Origin: an uncultured Gammaproteobacteria bacterium
Lineage (GTDB): Bacteria; Patescibacteriota; Patescibacteriia; SG8-24
Direction of reading: 5' to 3'
Assembly (NCBI GenBank): GCA_964491475.1
Contig: CAZBFO010000001.1
Coordinates: forward strand, 263,538 to 327,537
Length of the DNA: 64,000 bases
Shown here: positions 1 through 9,096 of the stretch, one piece after another
Position numbering within the stretch: the stretch's first letter is position 1
Layout of the letters: every line of letters starts with the position of its first letter
The notes under the pieces: model-generated
What the model was told of the DNA's origin: nothing
The model's database searches: none
The model's input: the letters and a program-made list of their open reading frames with translations, nothing else
Program-made: the position numbers and the translations under genes

Positions 1-292
1 TCTCGAAGTGATCAGTGCCCGAATGAGCGCCGGACATGTGCGTGAAAATCTGCTCGGCCGCCTTGGGCGTCTGCTCGTTGTTCTTGGGAATGTCGACGGC
101 CAGCACGGTGTACTGCAGGCTGGCACCGTACATCTCCTGACGCGACTGCACCCACAGCAGCCAGAATCCCTGCAACAGGACGAACAGGATGACGATCCAG
201 CCGCCGTCCAGAAAAAGCCTTGCGAGCATCAAGGGAAACGGAAGACTGCCGAGCTGCACGAAGTAGCTGTAGTCAATGGAGATTGTTGGCAT
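1..292 (-). CDS. partial CDS (continues beyond window start): membrane-anchored protein, N-terminus resembles that of the VirB4/HerA-like ATPase at 36003-38564
   Basis: Minus-strand ATG near 292 gives MPTISIDYSYFVQLGSLPFPLMLARLFLDGGWIVILFVLLQGFWLLWVQSRQEMYGASLQYTVLAVDIPKNNEQTPKAAEQIFTHMSGAHSG... with strong GC3 bias. A TM helix followed by a VxVPK..EQ...hydrophobic-GG pattern is also present in the 853-aa ATPase (LVTVPKEQ...QEKIAIMENVYASIGG). Preferred over the antisense track ORF 8..403. Confidence 0.45.
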   Translation of the reverse strand, partial: MPTISIDYSYFVQLGSLPFPLMLARLFLDGGWIVILFVLLQGFWLLWVQSRQEMYGASLQYTVLAVDIPKNNEQTPKAAEQIFTHMSGAHSGTDHFE

Positions 293-404
293 GCCTTAAC
301 AAAGCGAAAAAATCAGGTCCGTGTGCATAGCTTTACCACTCCTAGCATAGCAGAAATAAGGCAAAAAGTCGAGACCCTGAAGGGGCGGGATGCACTTTGG
401 TAGG

Positions 405-539
405 GCGTCCTTCCCCGCCCGCCCCCGTGGGACACGCTTGCGGACGTGCTGCGGCGCGTCCTCGCTAGTCCTCGCGTAACGCGGGCTGCGGCCCGCGTTC
501 GCTGCGGATTGTCCCACGGGGGCGGGCGGGGAAGGACGC
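405..539. repeat. perfect 30-bp inverted repeat (gcgtccttccccgcccgcccccgtgggaca / tgtcccacgggggcgggcggggaaggacgc) flanking a 75-nt GC-rich spacer; MITE-like element or structured RNA
   Basis: Read directly: 405-434 is the exact reverse complement of 510-539. The spacer has further partial self-complementarity. It lies between two minus-strand genes. Confidence 0.6.
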
Positions 540-620
540 GTACCCAAAGTGCATGCGCGGGGCTTGGTGGCTCGATGTGTTGGCTGCGTAAAAAAATCCG
601 CGCTCCTTTGGAGCGGCGGA

Positions 621-1241
621 TTAAGAAGCCTTGGGTTTGAGGGCGACGTAGACGGAGGCGCCGGTGCCGAGTGCGGCGAAGAAGAGAGCCAGTGGCAGCG
701 GCGGCTGGGTGAGCAAGGATGCTGCCAGCGCGGCGAGGAAGAGGGTGATCAGGCCGAGGCGCAGCGGGAGCGCGCTGACTTTGCAGGCGACGGCGGACAG
801 CACGCCGAGCGCGGCGGCCAAGATGAAGGCGGCGGCGAGGACGGCGGAGAGCTTCTCGGCATCGCCGGCCATGGGATCGCCGTAGGCGGTGCGGACGAAA
901 GCGAGGGCCAGCAGCTGTGCGAGAGACAGTGCGGAAGCCAAAGCGCCGAAGGCGACCAGGGCGGCAAAGCCGACCAGCCACCGGCGCAAGGACGATGCCG
1001 ACGGGAGCGACATTGCCAGAACGGACATCGCTAGCGCGGTGCCCAGAAGCAGCATGCCGGCATACAGTCCCCTGCCGACGGTACCGGCGGCATGCAGGCC
1101 GATGGTGACGGCCAAGTTGGCAACGGCGACGATGCTGACGGACGAAAGGAACGCCAGGAGCGCGCGGTCGGGCACGGGCAGACGCTGGACGAACGTGGGT
1201 GAACCGGCGACGGGCTCGAACGGATCATTGAGGGACGCCAT
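621..1241 (-). CDS. hypothetical polytopic membrane protein
   Basis: 206-aa ORF, very hydrophobic (Ala/Leu/Gly-rich TM segments), consistent GC3; no recognisable motif. Confidence 0.5.
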   Translation of the reverse strand: MASLNDPFEPVAGSPTFVQRLPVPDRALLAFLSSVSIVAVANLAVTIGLHAAGTVGRGLYAGMLLLGTALAMSVLAMSLPSASSLRRWLVGFAALVAFGALASALSLAQLLALAFVRTAYGDPMAGDAEKLSAVLAAAFILAAALGVLSAVACKVSALPLRLGLITLFLAALAASLLTQPPLPLALFFAALGTGASVYVALKPKAS

Positions 1242-1310
1242 CCGCGCCTCCTTCCCTGTTTCGTTGATGCCAAAAGGAACGATGCCCCCATCCTAGCAGG
1301 TCCGCCCGCA

Positions 1311-1341
1311 AACAAAAACGCCCGGCGGCAAAGCCGGGCGT
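1311..1341 (-). terminator. rho-independent terminator downstream of secF
   Basis: acgcccggc-ggcaaa-gccgggcgt hairpin followed on the minus strand by a T-run (A-run 1311-1317 on plus). Confidence 0.5.
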
Positions 1342-1355
1342 TCGATGCCGCGCTC

Positions 1356-2246
1356 CTAGCGCGACGATTTCTTCTGCATGGCCACCAGCATCGGGGAAGC
1401 CAGGAAGATGGACGAGTAGGTGCCTGCGGCCAAGCCGATGATCAGCGTGAAGGCGAAGGCGTGCAGCGAGGCGCCGCCGAGGAAGTAGATGGAGATCAGG
1501 GGGAGGGTGGCGGTCAGCGAGGTGTTGATGGAGCGCGAGATGGTCTCGTTGACGCTGCGCTCGACGATCTCCTCGAAGTTGCCGCCGCTCCGGAGCAAGT
1601 TCTCGCGAATGCGGTCGAACACCACGATGGTGTCGTGCACCGAGAAGCCCAGCACGGTCAGGATGGCCGCGACGAAAGCGGAATCGACTTCGGCGTGCGC
1701 GAAGCGGGCCAACAGCGCGAAGGCGGCCAGCGGCAGCAGCACGTCGTGGAGGATGCCGACGATCAGGGTGACCAAGCCGTACTTCCAGGAAGCCACGGGA
1801 CGCGACACCTTGCGGAAGGCGTAGGCGATGTACAAGGCGATGCCCAGCAGCACCAGGCCGATCGAATACAGCGCCTTGGCGCGCAGCTCGTTGCCGACGG
1901 TGGGACCGACCGACTCGAAACGGTGCTCGGTCACGTCGCCGAACTTTTCCTTGAACGCCGACAGCACCTTCTGATGCGTCGGTTCGTCCAGGGTGGTGAG
2001 GCGGACCAGCATCTGCTTGTCGCCTTCGGTCTGGGCGACAGAGTTGCCCAGCTGCAGCGAGGTGACGACGTCGCTGACTTGCACGGTGCTCGGCCGGTTG
2101 GCGAACTCAAGCTCCATGAGCGAGCCGCCGGTGAAGTCGATGCCGAACTTGGGCGGCATCAGGAGCAGGATTGCCAAACTGGCGACGATCAGCGCGCCCG
2201 AGACGGTGAACCAGACGCTGCGGTTCTTGATGATGGGAAGCTTCAT
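1356..2246 (-). CDS. secF: protein-export membrane protein SecF
   Basis: 296 aa. SecF-like N-terminus MKLPIIKNRSVWF, the periplasmic loop and C-terminal six TM segments read as SecF; immediately downstream of secD. Confidence 0.9.
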   Translation of the reverse strand: MKLPIIKNRSVWFTVSGALIVASLAILLLMPPKFGIDFTGGSLMELEFANRPSTVQVSDVVTSLQLGNSVAQTEGDKQMLVRLTTLDEPTHQKVLSAFKEKFGDVTEHRFESVGPTVGNELRAKALYSIGLVLLGIALYIAYAFRKVSRPVASWKYGLVTLIVGILHDVLLPLAAFALLARFAHAEVDSAFVAAILTVLGFSVHDTIVVFDRIRENLLRSGGNFEEIVERSVNETISRSINTSLTATLPLISIYFLGGASLHAFAFTLIIGLAAGTYSSIFLASPMLVAMQKKSSR

Positions 2247-2267
2247 AGGGATATCGGGAGGATCATG

Positions 2268-4424
2268 CTATTTGGCACCCTTGGACTCGTCCGTCTTGGG
2301 CGTGCCGTGCAGGCCCGGCATGTACAGCCAGGGGTTCTTGAGGAAGCCCCAGCCGGAAACCAGGCGGAGCAGCGTGCGGCTGACAGTGATAGCCGAGAAC
2401 ATCGACACCAAGACGCCGAGCGCCAGGTTCAGTGCGAAACCCTTGATGAGCGATGAGCTGGTGTAGAACAGGATGGCGCAGGAGATCAGCGTGGTGAAGT
2501 TGGAGTCGCGGATGGAGTTCCAGGCGCGCTTGAAGCCCTCGTCGATGGCCGAACCCAGGGTGCGGCCGCGCTTCAGCTCTTCCTTCATGCGCTCGAAAAT
2601 GAGCACGTTGGCGTCTACGGCCATACCCACCGACAAGATGAAACCGGCGATACCGGAGAGCGAAAGCGTCACCGGGACCAGCTTGTAGAGCGAAAGGTTC
2701 ATGGCCGCGTACAGGCACAACGCGAAGATGGCGATGAGGCCCGGCAGGCGGTAGTACATCAGCATGAACAGCGCCACTACCAGGAAGCCGATCAGGCCGG
2801 CGCGGAGCGACTTGTCGAGCGAGTCCTTGCCGAGCGAGGCGCCGACGGACTGCTGGCTCTCGAGGGTGATCGGCACCGGCAGCGCGCCGGCGTTCATGCG
2901 GCGGACCAAATCCTTGGCCTCGGCGATGGTGAAGTTGCCGGAAATCACTGCGGATCCGCCGGTGATGGCCTCGTTCACGTTGGGCGTGCTGATGGGCTTG
3001 CCGTCGAGGAAGATGCCGACCGGCTTGCCGACGTTGCGAGTGGTGATTTCACCGAACAGCTTCTTGCCTTCGTCGTTGAACTCCAGCGAAACTTGCGGCT
3101 CGTTGGTGGTCGAGTTGAAGGTCAGCGTGGCCTTCTTGAGGTTCTTGCCGGAGAGTTGGGTGTTCTTCCACGGATCGGCCGGGGGGAGATAGTCGGCGGC
3201 GGACTTGGTCCTGAAAACGATGTCGCGCAGGTGGTACTCGGTGCTGGCACCCTTCTTTTCAGCCACCTTCATGATGACGTGATAGCCGAAGTCGGATTCG
3301 ACCACATCGGAGATTTCGCCGTCTTTGAGCGCATAAGCCGCGTCCGCAAACGGCTTGACCATGGCCGAGCGTTCGAAGAAGCCGAGGTCACCGCCCTTGG
3401 CGGCGCTGCCGGAATCATCCGAGTTCTTCTTGGCGAGATCGGCAAAGTTGTCCTTGGTGGCCTGCTTCTTGAGGTCCTTGGCAAGATTCAGCGCGTCCTC
3501 CTTGGTACGCTCGTTGGTGCAGCGCGGCGCGCCCTTGTAGCAGATGAGGATATGACTGGCCTGCACTTCCTTGTCGGACTTTTCCTCGAGCTTGATGACG
3601 TTGTAGCCGTCATCGGTCTTGATCGGCTCCCAATAGACGGACCCGGTCTTCATTTTTGCAGCGGCATCGGTGACAGCCTTGTACGGACCGGCTCCGGCGG
3701 GAATCCAACCGATGTCTCCGCCGCGACCCTTGTCCGGACCTTCGCCGGCAAGGGAGTTCGCAAGCGCGGAAAACTCATTGCCCGGCTTCTGTGCGGCGAC
3801 CAATCCGGCCTTGGCGTCAGCCAGCGCCTTGGCGTTGGCGGCGTCCATGTCCTTCTTTTCGTCCGCAGTCAGGTCGCGAGCCGGAGCGGTATTCCCCGTC
3901 TCCTTGAACTCCAAAATCGGGGTTTCGCCGATCAGCTTGATGGCCTGGGTGATGTCCTTCACGCCGGCCAAGTCCACGATCAGGCGCCAGGCAGCACCGG
4001 ACTTATTGACCTGCACCAGCGGCTCGGACACGCCAAAAGCGTTGACACGGCGCTCGATGACGTCGCGGACGCCGGCCATGGCTTCGGTACGGTCAGAATC
4101 GGGGATGTCCTTCATGTCGGCGACGTACACCAGGTGGGTGCCGCCCTGAAGGTCGAGACCCAGGCGATAAGGCACGTCCCAAAAGTGCGGAACACGCACC
4201 TTTTCGGGCACCTTGGCAGCCGAAAGCTGACCGTTGGCCCAATCAGCGCCGGCGTTCCAATACGCAGGATGGCTCAAGTTGCCGGCGACAGTAAGCAGCA
4301 CGAGCACGAAAAACGTCGCTTGGCGGACCTTGCCGCGAGGCGTTTTAGGAATGAACAGTGAGCCGATGAACGAGCCGACCTTAGCAACGATGGATTTGGC
4401 CATAGACGACGGTAATCGGAACAA
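2268..4424 (-). CDS. secD: protein translocase subunit SecD carrying an inserted parvulin-type (PpiC) peptidyl-prolyl isomerase module
   Basis: 718 aa. SecD N-terminal TM and P1 region (LDLQGGTHLVYV...), C-terminal SecD TM bundle (LIAIFALCLYAAMNLSLYKLVPVTLSLSGIAGFILSVGMAVDANVLIFERMKEEL). The insert has a full parvulin signature ASHILICYKG...GGDLGFFERSAMVKPFADAAYALKDGEISDVVESDFGYHVIMKV preceded by a second degenerate parvulin-like half (GGDIGWIPAG...YNVIKLEEK). Confidence 0.85.
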   Translation of the reverse strand: MFRLPSSMAKSIVAKVGSFIGSLFIPKTPRGKVRQATFFVLVLLTVAGNLSHPAYWNAGADWANGQLSAAKVPEKVRVPHFWDVPYRLGLDLQGGTHLVYVADMKDIPDSDRTEAMAGVRDVIERRVNAFGVSEPLVQVNKSGAAWRLIVDLAGVKDITQAIKLIGETPILEFKETGNTAPARDLTADEKKDMDAANAKALADAKAGLVAAQKPGNEFSALANSLAGEGPDKGRGGDIGWIPAGAGPYKAVTDAAAKMKTGSVYWEPIKTDDGYNVIKLEEKSDKEVQASHILICYKGAPRCTNERTKEDALNLAKDLKKQATKDNFADLAKKNSDDSGSAAKGGDLGFFERSAMVKPFADAAYALKDGEISDVVESDFGYHVIMKVAEKKGASTEYHLRDIVFRTKSAADYLPPADPWKNTQLSGKNLKKATLTFNSTTNEPQVSLEFNDEGKKLFGEITTRNVGKPVGIFLDGKPISTPNVNEAITGGSAVISGNFTIAEAKDLVRRMNAGALPVPITLESQQSVGASLGKDSLDKSLRAGLIGFLVVALFMLMYYRLPGLIAIFALCLYAAMNLSLYKLVPVTLSLSGIAGFILSVGMAVDANVLIFERMKEELKRGRTLGSAIDEGFKRAWNSIRDSNFTTLISCAILFYTSSSLIKGFALNLALGVLVSMFSAITVSRTLLRLVSGWGFLKNPWLYMPGLHGTPKTDESKGAK

Positions 4425-4536
4425 AAAAGAAAACGCTGCAAAGCGCGAAACTATTCACAGATGCGACTTATGCTAATCGACCGCCCCTGTTTTTGCAATG
4501 GGAACGAAAAAGCCCCGCTTATGCGGGGCGTTTGGG

Positions 4537-5055
4537 TCAGGAGCGCTTGGCGAGCCGCTTCCTCTCGATGAACATAAGGACGGTGTCGGAGGGCACCGTC
4601 GTGGCCGCCTCTCCGGGAACGGCGCGGAGCCACCGCTCACCCCCGGAATTTCCGAGAGCGAAGTTGACCATGCCGATGTCATCGCAGAAGCTGCGATGCA
4701 CCACCGTGACCACCTCGCCGTCGGGCTGGTTCTCGTACGCCAGTCGGACGGTCGGCCCGACGTCGCTGGGGCACGGAAGCAAGCCGCGCTCCTTGGCTGC
4801 CGCCATGATCCGATGCAGCGGCTGGTCGCCGTCGAAGCCCAGCAGGTAGGGAGAGACCATCGCCAGGGTAGGCATGGCCAGCAGCCCGTGCGGCGCGACG
4901 AAGCGCAGGGCGTTGTGCCGCGTGCGCGGGCACAGCGCGATGCGGGCGTTGCCGAACGAACGCAACCAGTCGTCGTACGCGCGCGGCCTGCCGAGCAGGA
5001 CGGAAATCTGCTTGAGGGCCGATGATTCCGGCGGTGCGAAACTCGCTCGTGCCAT
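4537..5055 (-). CDS. hypothetical protein
   Basis: 172-aa ORF between rlmN and secD; GGAG-like spacing before ATG (ggagcctcaccATG); no recognisable domain. Confidence 0.5.
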   Translation of the reverse strand: MARASFAPPESSALKQISVLLGRPRAYDDWLRSFGNARIALCPRTRHNALRFVAPHGLLAMPTLAMVSPYLLGFDGDQPLHRIMAAAKERGLLPCPSDVGPTVRLAYENQPDGEVVTVVHRSFCDDIGMVNFALGNSGGERWLRAVPGEAATTVPSDTVLMFIERKRLAKRS

Positions 5056-5179
5056 GGTGAGGCTCCTTTTCCTTTTGCGGTGTCGAAGTCGCGCCGAAGC
5101 GCGAAGCCAGCGAAAGAACCCGGGACGTTAGCAGAAAAAGCCCTCGCGGTCAAGACTTGCGCCCGCGCGACGAAAGCGT

Positions 5180-6214
5180 TCAGGACATCGTCACGCCAGT
5201 CTTCTTAAGGTGCTTGTTGGCCAGCTGCCCGCAGGCGGCATCGATGTCCTCGCCAAAGGTGATGCGGTGCGTCACTGACACGCCCGCCTTCTTCATGTAG
5301 TCGAGAATTTCGGTGCGGCGGTCGCGCGGCGACGACACGAATGCGCCGGTGGTGTGGTACTTGATGAGGTTGAGGTGATAGAGCGGCTTCTTGAGCAGCA
5401 CGGCCAGCTCGGCGATGACCTCCGGAGTGTCGTTGAGGCCGTCGATGAGCAGGTACTCGAACATCACCTTGCGGCCGGTCTTGGCAATGTAGGCATCGAT
5501 GGCCGGCATCAGCCTGCCGAGCGGGTAGGCGCGGTTGACGGGCATCAGCTTGGTGCGCAACTCGTCGTTGGGCGCGTGGAGAGACACGGCGAGATTCACC
5601 TGCAAGGGCTCGTCGGCCATCCGGTTGATGCCGGCGACGATGCCGCAAGTGGAGATCGAAATGTGGCGCGCTCCGAGCGCCAGGCCCTTCTGGTCGTTGA
5701 GGATGCGGATGGCGGCCATGACGTTGTCGTAGTTGTGCATCGGCTCGCCCATGCCCATCAGCACCATGTTGGTGGCGCGCTCCCCTTTCTCGGCAAGCTG
5801 GCGGCTGAAGTGCAGCACCTGACCGACGATTTCGCTCGTGGTCAAGTTGCGCTTGAGGCCCATGGTGCCGGTGGCGCAGAAGGTGCAGGCCATCGGGCAG
5901 CCGGCCTGCGAGGAGACGCAGACGGTATTGCGGCCCTTGGAATGGCGCATCAGCACGGTCTCGATGAGGTTGCCGTCGGCCAGCTTGAGAGCCGCCTTGC
6001 GGGTGTCGCCGCGTTCGGCCTCGGACTCGCGGACCACTTCCATCTCGATGATCGGCAGCGCGGCGTTCAGCTTTTCGCGCAGAGCCGGCGGCAGCGCAGT
6101 CGCCTCGCTCCAATCGGAAATCAGCTGCCTGCAGACAGCGTCCTTGGCCTGTGCGAAACGGTAGGATTTCTCCCCCATGCCTTCGAGCGCGGTTTTGAGC
6201 TTGGCTACATCCAT
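5180..6214 (-). CDS. rlmN: 23S rRNA (adenine2503-C2)-methyltransferase RlmN, radical SAM
   Basis: CxxxCxxC radical-SAM cluster in GCPMACTFCATGTMGLKRNLT plus RlmN/Cfr-family context. Start moved to the MDVAKL Met (track ORF starts 18 codons earlier). A TATAGT box lies 9 nt upstream of this ATG. Confidence 0.85.
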   Translation of the reverse strand: MDVAKLKTALEGMGEKSYRFAQAKDAVCRQLISDWSEATALPPALREKLNAALPIIEMEVVRESEAERGDTRKAALKLADGNLIETVLMRHSKGRNTVCVSSQAGCPMACTFCATGTMGLKRNLTTSEIVGQVLHFSRQLAEKGERATNMVLMGMGEPMHNYDNVMAAIRILNDQKGLALGARHISISTCGIVAGINRMADEPLQVNLAVSLHAPNDELRTKLMPVNRAYPLGRLMPAIDAYIAKTGRKVMFEYLLIDGLNDTPEVIAELAVLLKKPLYHLNLIKYHTTGAFVSSPRDRRTEILDYMKKAGVSVTHRITFGEDIDAACGQLANKHLKKTGVTMS

Positions 6215-6223
6215 ATGACGTGG

Positions 6224-6229
6224 GACTAT
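6224..6229 (-). promoter_or_regulatory. -10 box (TATAGT) directly upstream of rlmN ATG; probable leaderless transcript
   Basis: cgcTATAGTcccacgtcatATG on the minus strand. Confidence 0.35.
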
Positions 6230-6317
6230 AGCGGAAAACGGGCGCTTTGGCAAGGGAGAAGCCCACACCCTCGCGGCTTGGCCGCAAACCTGTTAAAATG
6301 AAGCCGACATCATCTTT

Positions 6318-6509
6318 ATGGCCAAAGCCGCAAAAAAACTTCCGCCGGAATTCCAGACCAAGGCGCTGCGCATCGACGCGGCGCTGAACTCGTACATCGA
6401 AGAACTGCGCTTGTTGCAGAAGCAGCGCCGTGCGGTCACGCAAGGCTTCCTGAACCGGGTCGAGTCGGTCAAGATCGAAGAGGCCAAGAAGTGGCTGCAG
6501 TCGCTGTAG
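6318..6509 (+). CDS. small hypothetical protein (63 aa, basic, helical)
   Basis: ORF MAKAAKKLPPEFQTKALRIDAALNSYIEELRLLQKQRRAVTQGF..., divergent from rlmN, immediately upstream of the next plus-strand gene. Confidence 0.45.
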   Translation: MAKAAKKLPPEFQTKALRIDAALNSYIEELRLLQKQRRAVTQGFLNRVESVKIEEAKKWLQSL

Positions 6510-6518
6510 CGTAGCGCT

Positions 6519-8324
6519 ATGCCCCCGAGACCAGCCGAGCTCCCTCGCGGAGAACAAATCGAACGCAACGAGGTTCCGCCCGAGTCAACCGAGCGGGGCA
6601 GGGAGACTTTGGAATTGATGAGCAATCAGGAGGCGCTGGAGGAACTGACTGAAAGGGCAAAAGAGGCGGAGACGCGCGGCAAGGAAGAACGCAAGGAATT
6701 GGACCTGTCGAAAAAAACGATGGAGTCGGTCGCGCAGCGATACGGCGTGGAACTTGATGCCGAGGCGGCCAACGATAATGCCAAGATCGACGCCGAAGCC
6801 GACGCCTCCACCAAGCGCTTCAAAGAGGCGCTCAAAGAAGCGCAGAAACCGGATGCCAAACCGCAGACCGCACAGGACGCCGAGCTAGCGCAGATCGACG
6901 CGGGCTGGGACAAGATTGCCACCGATCATGAGGAGAAGGCGCAGCAGACGGCAGAGCTCGCCAAAATCGACGCGGGCTGGGACGACATCGCCGCCGAAGC
7001 GCCAAAGGAGACCGCACCCGCCGCGACCGCACAAGTCGAGAGCGGCATCGAACTGACTTCCCTTCAGGACCAGATGGCCGAAGTGCAGAAGACTGCCGAC
7101 AAGGAGGCGACGATCGAGGGGTCGCTGATGTCGATGCAGGAACAGATGCAATACGTGCAGCGCGTGGCCGACGCCGCGCCGCGCCCCCTGGAGAAGCCTC
7201 GTGCAGAAAAGCCGCCGGTACCCAAAAAGGCGCCGGAAGCCATACCCGAAGTGGCAGACGAAGACATTTTGGAAGTCACTCCCGCGCAATCCGCGCCCGA
7301 AGCGAAACCAGATACTGCCGCAGTCGAGGCCGCTCGACTGGCGGAGTTACAGGCCATGGAGCAGAAACTCGTCGCCGATTACGACAAGCTCGCGGCGCAA
7401 GTCGCCACCGAGGCGCAGTTCATGACGCCGGATGACGCCAAGGCGTACAAGAAGGCGCTCAAATCCGGCGACATGAGCGCACTGCCGAAGGCCACGCAGA
7501 CGGAAACGGCAATGAACGACACCTTCAAGAGGCTGAACGCCCTGCGTGCCGAGAAGAACGCCCTGCTCTCGGGACAAAAAGCTGCCGAAAAACCAGCTGC
7601 CGCACAGGCGAAGCCCGCCGCCGAGCAGCCGAGGGCCGAAGCGAAACAGGCTGCACCGGCGTCAGAAGCCGCCCCCGCGTTCGAAATGCCAAGCGTGGAA
7701 GCCATCGTCAAAGACGGCGAATTGCTGACGGTCGAATCCGACATGGCGGCCATGGAGGGCGAATTGGACAAGTTGCCGCCCGGACCGGCCTCATCGGCCG
7801 CGCGCGAGAGCCGGCAGAAGGACATCGAGCGCATGCGCGCGGCCGTCGAGCGCATGAGCGCCCCGGAAGGCCTGCGGAAAGAGATCGCCAAACTCCAGAT
7901 GAAAATCGACGACCGCATGAACAGGATGGTCGGCGTTTCCGAAAGCGAGGAGAAAGCCCACCTGCAGGCCATCGAAGCGCTGGTCACCCAGGTTCGGGAA
8001 CTGCAACGGCGCCAGCGCGAATCGGGCGCAGAGCAGTCCTCGCCGGACGGCCGCCAGGCGGCCTCCGCCGGTTTCGAGAATCCGGAGGCCGATGAAGAGC
8101 TGACGGCGACGATGCTGGAAGACGATCCGCGATACAACGAACTGTACGACAAGAAAGCCGCGCAGCTCAAGGCGAAGGGCGTGGAGAAAAAGCAGATCGA
8201 CCTGGAGGCGGCCGAATGGGCCCAGACGATGTTCAAGAAAAAATTCCCCGAAGACGCGGGGGTGTACGAGGAAAGGCGAAAACGCAAAGACGAAATGCTC
8301 GGCGCCGACAAACCAGAGGCATAG
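6519..8324 (+). CDS. hypothetical charged, Ala/Glu/Lys-rich coiled-coil protein with an internal tandem repeat
   Basis: 601 aa, low complexity. Direct repeat ELAQIDAGWDKIATDHEEKAQQTAELAKIDAGWDDIAAEAPKE near 6880-6990. Confidence 0.55.
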   Translation: MPPRPAELPRGEQIERNEVPPESTERGRETLELMSNQEALEELTERAKEAETRGKEERKELDLSKKTMESVAQRYGVELDAEAANDNAKIDAEADASTKRFKEALKEAQKPDAKPQTAQDAELAQIDAGWDKIATDHEEKAQQTAELAKIDAGWDDIAAEAPKETAPAATAQVESGIELTSLQDQMAEVQKTADKEATIEGSLMSMQEQMQYVQRVADAAPRPLEKPRAEKPPVPKKAPEAIPEVADEDILEVTPAQSAPEAKPDTAAVEAARLAELQAMEQKLVADYDKLAAQVATEAQFMTPDDAKAYKKALKSGDMSALPKATQTETAMNDTFKRLNALRAEKNALLSGQKAAEKPAAAQAKPAAEQPRAEAKQAAPASEAAPAFEMPSVEAIVKDGELLTVESDMAAMEGELDKLPPGPASSAARESRQKDIERMRAAVERMSAPEGLRKEIAKLQMKIDDRMNRMVGVSESEEKAHLQAIEALVTQVRELQRRQRESGAEQSSPDGRQAASAGFENPEADEELTATMLEDDPRYNELYDKKAAQLKAKGVEKKQIDLEAAEWAQTMFKKKFPEDAGVYEERRKRKDEMLGADKPEA

Positions 8325-8400
8325 CGGGCGAGCCGCCGTTGACTGCCCGCGCCGTCCGACGTACCCTTGCTCCGCACCATAACGGCAGGAGTCCTTTGTC

Positions 8401-8988
8401 ATGGGCAAACGCATTTTTGCCTTCGTCGGTCCCAGCGGCTGCGGCAAGACCTCCATCATGGAGGCGCTGCTCAAGAAGCACGGACGGCGCGTCGGTTTCG
8501 TGAAGACGGTCACGACCCGCGCGCCGCGCGCCCCGGAAGAAAACGCCCTGTACACCTTCGTGACGACCGAGGCGTTCATGGAGCTGCTGGCGAAAAACCG
8601 CCTGCTGCAGCACGGCGAAGTCTATTACGCCGGCCATTGGTACGACAACGACCGGGCCGACGTCGACGCGGTATTCGAAGCCGGCAAGGTCGGCATCTGC
8701 GCATTGGTCGAGAAGAGCATCGCCACCTTCCGCGACGCCGGCTACCGGGTGGTGATGATCCGCGTCCGTCCGAAGGGCGGCCACGACGGCCGGTCCGAAG
8801 AGCGACGCCGTCTTGACGAGGAACGCGAGCGCGACGGCCCCAAGCCGGACCACGTCATCGTCAACGACTTCGCGCATCCCAAGGGCCTGCGCCGCGCCGT
8901 TGCCGCGGCCGAACGGATCATCCGACGGCACGCCGAGGGCACGCCGGACAAGCGCTGCCGCGGCAAGAAACGCGACAAACGCAGGTAA
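8401..8988 (+). CDS. guanylate kinase-like P-loop kinase
   Basis: GPSGCGKTS Walker A followed by TTRAPR..E..G..Y.FV pattern typical of guanylate kinases. SD-like GGCAGGAG 8 nt upstream. Confidence 0.7.
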   Translation: MGKRIFAFVGPSGCGKTSIMEALLKKHGRRVGFVKTVTTRAPRAPEENALYTFVTTEAFMELLAKNRLLQHGEVYYAGHWYDNDRADVDAVFEAGKVGICALVEKSIATFRDAGYRVVMIRVRPKGGHDGRSEERRRLDEERERDGPKPDHVIVNDFAHPKGLRRAVAAAERIIRRHAEGTPDKRCRGKKRDKRR

Positions 8989-8996
8989 CGTGAACG

Positions 8997-9020
8997 CTCC
9001 GGTTTTGCCGGAGCTTTTTT
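8997..9020 (+). terminator. rho-independent terminator after the guanylate-kinase-like gene
   Basis: ctccgg-tttt-gccggag hairpin plus TTTTTT. Confidence 0.55.
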
Positions 9021-9062
9021 ATCGTCGTCCCGTCGGTCACGACCACGACAAAGCACCGCAAG

Positions 9063-9088
9063 AAAAAACCGCCCGAAGTCGGGCGGCA
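9063..9088 (-). terminator. rho-independent terminator after purA
   Basis: gccgcccgacttcgggcgg hairpin followed by TTTTTT on the minus strand. Confidence 0.55.
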
Positions 9089-9096
9089 TGCGGATA

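Noticed and set aside
8-403. 131-aa plus-strand ORF at the window start
   Set aside because: It is antisense to a minus-strand frame with much stronger third-position GC bias and a plausible membrane-protein N-terminus. It is typical of shadow ORFs in high-GC DNA.
5205-6557. 450-aa minus-strand ORF overlapping rlmN in another frame
   Set aside because: The radical-SAM CxxxCxxC motif and RlmN similarity are in the 5180..6268 frame; this one is an Arg/Pro-rich alternative-frame artefact.
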